From positions 1 through 32,607 of IMG/VR virus record IMGVR_UViG_3300032301_000948: DNA of 32,607 nucleotides. One strand, 5' to 3'. This stretch comes from a virus. Taxonomy: Duplodnaviria > Caudoviricetes. Below, in pieces: positions 1 to 7,479 of the stretch; position 1 is the stretch's first letter, and each line of letters opens with the position of its first letter. The notes under the pieces are model-generated. The model was given only the letters and a program-made list of their open reading frames with translations, was not told the DNA's origin and made no database searches. Both the position numbers and the translations under genes were made by a program.

Positions 1-1
1 C

Positions 2-1870
2 AAGCCACTCATCATCTCACTCGACATCGAAACCTACGGCGCGTTCGAGTTCTTCGAGAACAAGGGCGCACGTTGCCCAGACCAGACCGTCTTCCACCCC
101 GGCCTCTCCACAAAGGTTGACCTCGGCACCATCCTGCCCTGCCGCATGGTTCCGCAGTGCGCAATCACCATCGTCGAAGGCGAACCGTCGGACCCCACCA
201 GCTGGGAGCCTGGGGAATCAGCGGTCATCGACATGTGCAGCAACGACATCATGGTGCTCGAGGACATGCTGCGCAAGGCCGACACCATCGTCGGCTCGAA
301 CATCGTGTACGACCTCATGTACCTGCGGCAGTTTAAGTCGCTGGACTACATACTCAGCAGCAACCCGAAGCCCACCCTCGTGGACACCGTGATCCTCTCG
401 TGGATCCACTCTGGTGCACGCAAAGAGCGCTCGCTCAAGGCACTGGGCCCAGCCCTTGGCGCGTTCGCCTACGAGCGCACACTCAAGGATGGGAAGTTCA
501 GGTTCCCGATGTGCGCCGACGCCATCAAGTACAACGCCGAGGACACGCACAACGCAGTGCTCGCAGCGCGTGCCCTATGTCAGCGCATCGCCGACGAGCG
601 TGGCCAGAAGCTCACGCCATCCTCCATCATGTTCCACTCCGACCGCCTCTGGAACATCGAGAACCTGTCGCTCACCGGCCAGGCATTCCAGAAGGACAAG
701 CTCCTCGACTACGCGGACGACTGCCGCCTCGCCTACGAGAAGCACGAGGCAGACCTCCTCGACCGAAGCATCATCCTGTCCGGCGAGGGAAGCGGCACCA
801 CGCAGGGCAAGCTCATCGACGATGCCGTGACCCACGCCGACCGCATCATGTACAACCTGCACGATGCCGGTCTCCTCGAGTACTCCGACAAGAAGCGCAG
901 CGTGCGCAACAACAAGGAGAACCGGAACATCCTGTCGGCCATCATCAAGCACGACTTCGAGCACGACCTGAACCTGCACCTGCTGCAGAAACTCAACTCC
1001 TGCTCGACGTACGAATCCATGGAGCAGGAGTGCCGGAAGATCCTGGCCGACAAGATCAGCCGCGGCCAGGGCATCGAAGTCAACTCAGGCTGCGTCACCG
1101 TGGGAGACAAGCGGATCTGCTACCCCTCGTGGTACGGCGCACCCACGGACGACGGCGGTACCCAGTCCGCCCGCCTGTCCGCCCGCCGACCAGCGGTCCA
1201 GACCTGGACCAAGGAACTACGCAGTCTCATGGTCCCCACCAGCGACAGCCTGTACCACATGGACATGACTGCCTTCGAGCTCCGCATCGCAGCAGCCCTG
1301 TCCCGTGACCGCCGGATGTACGACTTCGCCTTCTCACCCGACCCGTACTCCAGCCTTGGCAGCAACCGCAGCATCTCCAAGATCGCCCTGCTGGTGGGGG
1401 TCAACGGCGGCGGTGTCGACAAGGCATGGCGCACCGCCATCGCTACGTCCGCCAACCTCATCACGAAGGACGAGATCGCGGAACTCCCGGTCTTCACTCA
1501 GTGGACTGACTACAAGAACACGCGAGCCATGTGGCACCAGGCAGGCACACAAGGCAACCTGTATCTGGACCATGCCGGCATTGCATATATGCACAGCGCC
1601 GCCAAAACTATGCACGACACCACGTCGTTCATGGTCCAGGGTCACGCCGCCGTGTTCATGTCCATGCTCCAGACCAACATGTCTCTGCTTCTAGACAGGT
1701 GCCAGATGTCCCTGCAACTGCACGACGAGCTGGTATTCCAGACGTCAACCCAGAAGGACGAGGTGCACCACACCATCCAGCGGTGCATCTTCGACACCTG
1801 CCAAGACATGTTCGGCAGGGACATTCCCTTTACCTTCAAGTTGTCGGATCCATATACTGCCGCCGAGTGA
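2..1870 (+). CDS. polA: Family A DNA polymerase with 3'-5' exonuclease domain, 5' end off-window
   Basis: The frame is open from base 2 (KPLIISLDIETYG = ExoI), upstream of the ORF-track start at 146. ExoII GSNIVYDL, ExoIII YNAED, ARLSARRPAVQ (GRLSS..PNLQ equivalent), motif A DMTAFELR, motif C LQLHDELVF. Confidence 0.9.
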   Translation, partial: KPLIISLDIETYGAFEFFENKGARCPDQTVFHPGLSTKVDLGTILPCRMVPQCAITIVEGEPSDPTSWEPGESAVIDMCSNDIMVLEDMLRKADTIVGSNIVYDLMYLRQFKSLDYILSSNPKPTLVDTVILSWIHSGARKERSLKALGPALGAFAYERTLKDGKFRFPMCADAIKYNAEDTHNAVLAARALCQRIADERGQKLTPSSIMFHSDRLWNIENLSLTGQAFQKDKLLDYADDCRLAYEKHEADLLDRSIILSGEGSGTTQGKLIDDAVTHADRIMYNLHDAGLLEYSDKKRSVRNNKENRNILSAIIKHDFEHDLNLHLLQKLNSCSTYESMEQECRKILADKISRGQGIEVNSGCVTVGDKRICYPSWYGAPTDDGGTQSARLSARRPAVQTWTKELRSLMVPTSDSLYHMDMTAFELRIAAALSRDRRMYDFAFSPDPYSSLGSNRSISKIALLVGVNGGGVDKAWRTAIATSANLITKDEIAELPVFTQWTDYKNTRAMWHQAGTQGNLYLDHAGIAYMHSAAKTMHDTTSFMVQGHAAVFMSMLQTNMSLLLDRCQMSLQLHDELVFQTSTQKDEVHHTIQRCIFDTCQDMFGRDIPFTFKLSDPYTAAE

Positions 1871-2457
1871 AGCGGGAGTACACCATCCTTGTTGACGAGC
1901 GGGAGAAGAAGCCGTTCACCTTTCCCGAGTACATCGTCTGCCTTGACCCGAACAAGGATCCGTGCCATCAGTCGGGTATTACGGTACGCCTTCGTACCCA
2001 GAAGCGTACGATGAAGACGGGCGACTACGCCCTTGATGGGGGAGCAGCGGTTGTCGAGCGCAAGGGTTCTCTTGACGAGATCACCCAGAATCTCCTCACC
2101 CCTGACGGCCGACGCCGGTTCGCCGAGTGCTGCCGCCGCCTCCGGGACGAGACCGCTCGCCCGCTGCTCCTCCTTGAAGGGCTGGTGGGGACACCCATAA
2201 TCAAACCCGGAAAGCCACACCCAGGTCTTGCGATTGACTCCCTTATGCGTATCCTGCAGGAGTACGCCATCGGTCTGATCGTCCTCCCCACCAGCACAGC
2301 AGGCCAGCGCAGGGCAGCGGGTGAGTGGGCAGCCAGATGGCTCATCACGCAGGAACACCATGTCATACGTCACACTCACGACCGACGCGAAGAACTTCCA
2401 CCAGTACCCGACGATTACAATGTCGGCAACGACGGCAGCGCCAATCCGGTTGACTGA
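1867..2457 (+). CDS. ERCC4/XPF-family nuclease (putative branched-DNA or Holliday junction resolvase)
   Basis: GTG start overlaps the polymerase stop (GTGA). Motifs ILVDERE, GDY and VVERK are typical of the ERCC4 domain. Confidence 0.85.
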   Translation: MKREYTILVDEREKKPFTFPEYIVCLDPNKDPCHQSGITVRLRTQKRTMKTGDYALDGGAAVVERKGSLDEITQNLLTPDGRRRFAECCRRLRDETARPLLLLEGLVGTPIIKPGKPHPGLAIDSLMRILQEYAIGLIVLPTSTAGQRRAAGEWAARWLITQEHHVIRHTHDRREELPPVPDDYNVGNDGSANPVD

Positions 2458-2851
2458 AACAAAGCCGGCCGCGAATCCCGCCGTAAACGTTGTCTTTGGT
2501 GCGAGCCTGAACTACCTGAAGTTCAAGTTCTATACCACCACCAGCCAGACCACCAACATTGCAGTCTACGGATGGAACTACGTTCAGGAAACAAACACGT
2601 ACGTTCCTCAGCTCCTTGTTCTTCTTGCCGGAGCATGCACTGCGTCTTCGTCTGCAATCCCTGGCATTGGAACTGTGTTTGAACTTACATCATGGACCCC
2701 ATCACAGGGCGACTCCAAGAATTACAACGGAACAAGCACTACTGCTCCCGGCGGTTTCATTCTTGTTGACACGCTGGGCTGCGAGTACATCGAGGTTCGA
2801 CCATACGCAGCTGCTAGCGCAAGCATCACGGTTCTTGCAGCAGGACTCTAA
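2360..2851 (+). CDS. Hypothetical beta-rich Thr/Ala/Ser-rich protein, probably virion-associated
   Basis: AGGA RBS then ATG at 2360 (MSYVTLTTDAK); composition resembles a structural protein; coupled to the next gene (TAATG). Confidence 0.6.
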   Translation: MSYVTLTTDAKNFHQYPTITMSATTAAPIRLTETKPAANPAVNVVFGASLNYLKFKFYTTTSQTTNIAVYGWNYVQETNTYVPQLLVLLAGACTASSSAIPGIGTVFELTSWTPSQGDSKNYNGTSTTAPGGFILVDTLGCEYIEVRPYAAASASITVLAAGL

Positions 2852-3312
2852 TGCGGCCACGCACGCGGACACAACGGTTGTTTGAGAACACACCCATTCG
2901 CTCACAGCGAAGTCGGATTGAACCGCTTCTAAGTTCAACGCCAAACGCGATGAACTGGAACAACCTCTCTGGTATTATTGATGAAGAAGCAGTAACAAAC
3001 TGGGTTCGTGCTGTTGGTTTCTTTTCATCCACGACCTTTTTGATTTCTGTTCCTAGTGATGTCACGTTCTCAACTGAAGGAACTCTCACTGTTATTTCCT
3101 CAGTGAATCAGGACTTTTCAAATGTCAAGGCATCTGCCACCGTGCAGGTTGTAGCAGTAGGAACTTCGGTGACACCTTTCCAAGTTGATCCGGGTGACTT
3201 CATTGCGTTTTCTGCATTCTGTTCTGTGCCTGTAGGACCAATTACAATCACGGTAACAAACAAGCCCACCGGAGCAGCCATCGATACTCTTCAACTCCAG
3301 TTTGAAACATAA
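2851..3312 (+). CDS. Hypothetical protein with Arg-rich N-terminus and beta-sandwich-like body
   Basis: 153 aa ORF coupled to the upstream stop; AT-rich; lies just before the fibre gene. Confidence 0.6.
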   Translation: MRPRTRTQRLFENTPIRSQRSRIEPLLSSTPNAMNWNNLSGIIDEEAVTNWVRAVGFFSSTTFLISVPSDVTFSTEGTLTVISSVNQDFSNVKASATVQVVAVGTSVTPFQVDPGDFIAFSAFCSVPVGPITITVTNKPTGAAIDTLQLQFET

Positions 3313-3326
3313 GACTCGAGTACAAC

Positions 3327-5210
3327 ATGAACACCCCCACCATCCGAGCGTCCGGCACCATTCCCGCATACGCGTGTGTCAAGATGACAAGCACCCCTGG
3401 ATTCGTGGCTGTCACGACCGCCGCGACTGACACAATCTTCGGCGTCAACGGATCAAAGGAAGTGCCGAATGGAGAACCGGTTGAACTTCAAACTGAAAGT
3501 CTTTTGCAGGTGATTTCCGGCGGAACAATCAGTGCAGCAGACTTGCTTGTTGCGACTACTAGTGGGGCAGTAGTAGTTACAACTTCAGGAAGCGGACAAC
3601 TCGTTGCAATCTCCGGTGCAACTTCCGGAAGAACGTTTACTGCACAGCGTGTTGGTTCAATTGAAAATGTCTCTAGTACGACGTTCACAAACCTGACTGT
3701 TACCAACGATGCAACCATTAGCGGCCTTCGCATCGGCAAGGGCAACAATGGAATTGGACAGAACACGGCTGTCGGCAGCGACGCGCTTGGTGTAGTTGGA
3801 GATGCAAACAGAAACACCGCAGTCGGGTATCAGGCTGGCTACAACATTAATGGTGGATGCGACAACACTCTTGTTGGGCGCAACGCAGGTCGTCTGATTA
3901 CTGGCGGACCATCGAACGCCAGCGGATTTGACAATACCTGCATTGGATCTAGCGCAGGCGGGACCATCTCTACGGGCAATACTAACACGCTGATCGGCTC
4001 TGCTGCTGGACGAGATTTGACATCCAGCAGCAACACCGTGATTGGGCAGGCTGCAGCATTGGTTACGACAACGGGCGGCAGCAATACCGCTGTTGGTGCA
4101 AATGCACTCCGAAACAATGGAACAGGCAACAGCAATGTGGCGGTCGGAAACGATGCGCTTCGTGGACTTGCCGGAGCAATGAATGTAGGCGCAAGCACGG
4201 CGGTAGGAGCATCGGCTCTTCAGGCTGTTCAGCCGACTTCGACCTCGCGTAGCAACACCGCCGTTGGCTTTCAGGCTGGTCTTGCAATCACGACAGGCGC
4301 GTTCAATGTCGCCGTCGGCAATCAAGCATTGGTGCAGAACCAACTCGGTGACAACAACACCGCACTTGGCGAGTATGCGGGAGATGGCTGCAAGGCAAGC
4401 AACAATACCTTTGCGGGTACGAATGCCGCATACCGAAATTGGTGGGGTATCGACAATGTGATGATCGGTCGCGGTGCGGGTTGGGGAAATGCCACCATCG
4501 ACAACCAGACCAACGAGTTCTTTGCTACCAACCCGCCTTACAACGCATCGCAAAATACCGTGGTTGGATTTGAGGCGTTTGAGTTCCCCAAGGACACCTC
4601 TGGACAGGCTTCATTCTCTGTAACGATTGCAGCGGGTTCCCCGATTGTTGTGACTTGGGCAACTTCCACCCCAGTCAACGGCACAAAGGTAGCCTTTACA
4701 ACTACGGGGACCCTTCCAGGCGCATTGTCTGCGGGTGTGACGTATTACGTTGTTGGGCAGTCAGGCACGACATTCAATCTTGCCCTGACTCCGGGCGGAG
4801 CAGCAATCAACAATGCAACCTCCGGCAGCGGTACTCATACGGGATATCTGTCAGGCACGACCGTGGCAGATGGCAATACCATCGTTGGCTATCAGGCAGG
4901 TTCTAACAATCCGATGTCGGGCAAGTACAACTGCTTGTTCGGCTGGCGGGCTGGCGATGCGCTGACCACGGGCGACAACAACATCGTCATCGGCAAGGAT
5001 CAGGACGCTGATTCCGCATCGGGCAGCAACCAGATCAATGTCGGTGGCGTGTACTTCCACGACCGTCTGTTGTACACCGAACGGTCTGACCCAGCGGCTC
5101 CGGCAGTTAATAAGGCGGTGGTCTACGCTAGAGACAACGGTTCTGGAAAGACGCAGTTGTGCGTCCGGTTCAACACGGGCGCGATTCAGGTGCTGGCAAC
5201 GGAGCCGTGA
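3327..5210 (+). CDS. Fibre/spike adhesin with YadA-head-like beta-roll repeats
   Basis: Many ~14-aa NTAVG..A repeats; N-terminal ~110 aa resembles a capsid decoration (DUF2190-like) domain; C-terminal DNGSGKTQLCVRFNTGAIQVLATEP cap resembles phage fibre ends. Confidence 0.8.
   Translation: MNTPTIRASGTIPAYACVKMTSTPGFVAVTTAATDTIFGVNGSKEVPNGEPVELQTESLLQVISGGTISAADLLVATTSGAVVVTTSGSGQLVAISGATSGRTFTAQRVGSIENVSSTTFTNLTVTNDATISGLRIGKGNNGIGQNTAVGSDALGVVGDANRNTAVGYQAGYNINGGCDNTLVGRNAGRLITGGPSNASGFDNTCIGSSAGGTISTGNTNTLIGSAAGRDLTSSSNTVIGQAAALVTTTGGSNTAVGANALRNNGTGNSNVAVGNDALRGLAGAMNVGASTAVGASALQAVQPTSTSRSNTAVGFQAGLAITTGAFNVAVGNQALVQNQLGDNNTALGEYAGDGCKASNNTFAGTNAAYRNWWGIDNVMIGRGAGWGNATIDNQTNEFFATNPPYNASQNTVVGFEAFEFPKDTSGQASFSVTIAAGSPIVVTWATSTPVNGTKVAFTTTGTLPGALSAGVTYYVVGQSGTTFNLALTPGGAAINNATSGSGTHTGYLSGTTVADGNTIVGYQAGSNNPMSGKYNCLFGWRAGDALTTGDNNIVIGKDQDADSASGSNQINVGGVYFHDRLLYTERSDPAAPAVNKAVVYARDNGSGKTQLCVRFNTGAIQVLATEP
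3760..4995 (+). repeat. Degenerate ~14-codon coding repeats (N[TS]AVG..A[GL]), interrupted by a domain at about 4608-4845
   Basis: NTAVGSDAL, NTAVGYQAG, NTLVGRNAG, NTCIGSSAG, NTAVGANAL, NTIVGYQAG and others in the translation. Confidence 0.85.
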
Positions 5211-5229
5211 TAGTAAAAATGGATAAGAA

Positions 5230-5430
5230 ATGACCGTAGAGCAGAACAACATCGTCAAGCTGTCGCTGCGCGATTGGGCTGGCATCATCGGCGTAGCGCT
5301 GACGCTGCTCACCATCCTCGGCAGCGGGTACCTCACGCACGACCGACTGCTCATGCGTTTAGTGACCCAACAGGAATCGATCAATGATCGGCTGGACAAG
5401 ATTGATCGCCAGCTTGAGTCTCGCAACTAG
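5230..5430 (+). CDS. Small single-TM plus coiled-coil membrane protein (holin-like)
   Basis: Hydrophobic WAGIIGVALTLLTILGSGYL followed by heptad-like LVTQQESINDRLDKIDRQLE; follows the fibre gene. Confidence 0.55.
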   Translation: MTVEQNNIVKLSLRDWAGIIGVALTLLTILGSGYLTHDRLLMRLVTQQESINDRLDKIDRQLESRN

Positions 5431-5887
5431 CCTGCTGGTGGGGTGTAGCCCGCTGGCCAAGGTCAACAGCAACACCAACGCCATCCGCGAGGAGGCCCAG
5501 GTCCTCGTTGACCATGGCCAAGCAACGGGTGACCGGGAGGTAGTGACCCGTGCCCAGCGCATCAACGATCTGGCTGCTGATACTCACACTCAACTATCTG
5601 GTCTGGAGGACAAGGTGCCCGCCTGGCTCTCCACTCTATGGATGGCGGCGGTCGCCGTGGTGGTCGTGGGCGTGGTCGTGCTGCTCTGGCAGACGGGCCT
5701 CGGTACCGCCGTCCGCATCGCCATCGGCTGGCTCCCCCGTGCCAAGGTACGGGACGCGGACCTGGCCGCTGGCATGCTTGATCCCAACAACCCTGAGAAT
5801 GCCCGCGAGTATGTCGCTGCGCGGCGGGCCTCAGACCCTGAGTTTGACGCGGCGTGGCGACGCCTCCAAAAGAAAGGTTCACAATGA
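5384..5887 (+). CDS. Lipoprotein with an internal TM helix (spanin-like)
   Basis: Signal peptide ending in lipobox LVG-C21; helical segment; TM LWMAAVAVVVVGVVVLLW; AGGA upstream. Confidence 0.6.
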   Translation: MIGWTRLIASLSLATSLLVGCSPLAKVNSNTNAIREEAQVLVDHGQATGDREVVTRAQRINDLAADTHTQLSGLEDKVPAWLSTLWMAAVAVVVVGVVVLLWQTGLGTAVRIAIGWLPRAKVRDADLAAGMLDPNNPENAREYVAARRASDPEFDAAWRRLQKKGSQ

Positions 5888-6000
5888 TCCTTGCTGACTT
5901 CTCTGATTTCCTCGGTAACCTTTGGTTCGCGGGCCTGCTTGGTGTCATCGGCTTTGTTGCCGGTTGGTACCTCTGCAAGAAGCATGGCTCCAAGATCTGA
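5884..6000 (+). CDS. 38-aa single-TM peptide (not in ORF track)
   Basis: MILADFSDFLGNLWFAGLLGVIGFVAGWYLCKKHGSKI; AAAGG RBS; ATGA overlap at the start and TGATG at the end. Confidence 0.75.
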   Translation: MILADFSDFLGNLWFAGLLGVIGFVAGWYLCKKHGSKI

Positions 6001-6914
6001 TGGCAAACGTCCCGTTCCAGGTGAGGGCAGCAACAAGGAACATCCACCTTGTTGATCTCGATTGCACCTCGCGAACGAATGAGTGGTGGTTCCTGCTGTC
6101 CGGGGACCGCCACCACGACAACCCCCACGCCGACCATGACCTCGAGCTCAAGCACCTCAATGAAGCGCGTGAAAGAAAGGCTGGCATCATTGATGTCGGC
6201 GATCTACATTGCGCTATGGAAGGCAAGTTTGATCCTCGCCGTAACAAGGCGGGCATTCGAGAAGAGCATGCACTGGCTGCGGACTACCTCGATTCCCTAG
6301 TCCGGCACGCCTCCGACTTCTACGCTCCGTACTCCGAGAACTTCGTGGTCATCGGTCGTGGTAACCACGAGTCCGCGATCCTCAAGAACTGCGAGACGGA
6401 CATCACCGAGCGCACCTGCGAGCGCATGAGCCAGACCAGCGGACACAAGGTGCACGCCGGAGGCTACGGTGGATGGATCCGGTTCAACGTGGAGATCAAC
6501 GGGGAGCGGTATACGCTCAGCCTCAAGTACTTCCACGGCTCCGGCGGTGCAGCCCTCATGTCCTTCGACACGCTGAAGGTCAGGCGCAACGCAGCCATCA
6601 CGCCGGACGCAGACGTCATCGTGCAGGGCCACGTGCACAAGCAGTGGTTCATGCCGCTGTCCCGCGAGCGCATGGTCTGCGACCGCCACGGTTGCCGCAT
6701 CGTCAGCGACATTCAGTACCACGTCCGCACAGGCACTTACAAGGACGAGTTCGGCGACGGCCACTCCGGCTGGCACATCGAACAGGGCCGTGGTCCCGAA
6801 GTGCAGGGCGCAGTCTGGATGCGCCTCTACCTTGCCAAGCAGTCCGGCAAGTCCACCGGCAACATCTCGAAGACGTACTACCAACTGACCCCAGAATTCC
6901 ATCTCGCCCACTAG
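6000..6914 (+). CDS. Calcineurin-like metallophosphoesterase
   Basis: Motifs GDRH (DxH), VGDL, GRGNHE, FHG and QGHVH; start at 6000 is coupled to the upstream TGA. Confidence 0.9.
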   Translation: MANVPFQVRAATRNIHLVDLDCTSRTNEWWFLLSGDRHHDNPHADHDLELKHLNEARERKAGIIDVGDLHCAMEGKFDPRRNKAGIREEHALAADYLDSLVRHASDFYAPYSENFVVIGRGNHESAILKNCETDITERTCERMSQTSGHKVHAGGYGGWIRFNVEINGERYTLSLKYFHGSGGAALMSFDTLKVRRNAAITPDADVIVQGHVHKQWFMPLSRERMVCDRHGCRIVSDIQYHVRTGTYKDEFGDGHSGWHIEQGRGPEVQGAVWMRLYLAKQSGKSTGNISKTYYQLTPEFHLAH

Positions 6915-6926
6915 ACCCCACCAGCC

Positions 6927-7193
6927 ATGCGTGTCCGACTCGGCGGCAAGTACTGGACCCTGCGCTTTGTCCCCAACATGCGGGACTACGGTGACATGCA
7001 GGACCCAGGCCACGTCGAAGGACGCATCATCCGCATCGGCACGTGGCCGTCCGAGAAGGACCAGATGGACACCATCATCCACGAAGCACTGCACTGCATC
7101 CGACCTGAGCTCGACGAGCAAGCGGTAGCAGACACAGCCACGGACATTGCCAGACTGCTTTGGCGTCTGGGCTACCGTCAGGGTGGAACTTAA
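6927..7193 (+). CDS. Small HExxH zincin-like protein
   Basis: DTIIHEALHC preceded by a beta strand (IIRIG) and followed by E..V; 88 aa. Confidence 0.75.
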   Translation: MRVRLGGKYWTLRFVPNMRDYGDMQDPGHVEGRIIRIGTWPSEKDQMDTIIHEALHCIRPELDEQAVADTATDIARLLWRLGYRQGGT

Positions 7194-7457
7194 AGTTCCA
7201 CTTTCTTGAACTTTCCGGTTCCGGAAAACGGTAAGAAACACTTACCACTTTTCCTTACCGCTTACGAAACGACCGCTTCGTAAGAGCCCATTTGCTGAGC
7301 GGGATTCCCATTACCCGCATTGCCGGTAAACCCACGGCATCTTGTTCTTTGCCCATCCTGGGCGAGAGATTAGATCATCAGCATGGGTGAAGTACATACT
7401 ACACCCTCCTCCCGTAGATTCGCGAACGCGGGGGGTCGCGGTGCGCCCCGCGTTCGC
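7183..7457. other. Non-coding array of inverted repeats (candidate origin, regulatory region or structured RNA)
   Basis: At least seven inverted repeats in 275 bp, including a perfect 12-bp stem GCGAACGCGGGG (7422-7433) / CCCCGCGTTCGC (7446-7457). Confidence 0.7.
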
Positions 7458-7479
7458 TCAACAACCTCAGGAGAAACAC

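Noticed and set aside
1531-1870. ERCC4 frame is open 112 codons into the polymerase, suggesting a Pol-ERCC4 frameshift fusion
   Set aside because: The GTGA coupled start explains it; the CCCTTTA near 1826 is not in the X XXY YYZ phase and has no evident stimulator.
3327-5210. Diversity-generating retroelement target in the fibre or Cys-rich genes
   Set aside because: No reverse transcriptase and no near-identical TR/VR pair differing at adenines was seen in the window.
7183-7457. Possible CRISPR mini-array next to a Cas4-like gene
   Set aside because: The palindromes differ from one another; there are no identical direct repeats with regular spacers.
5922-7479. ORF-track upstream starts at 5922 and 7342 (also 2321, 22254, 25373, 29538)
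   Set aside because: Downstream ATGs have an RBS or stop-start coupling, and the extensions overlap other genes or hairpins.
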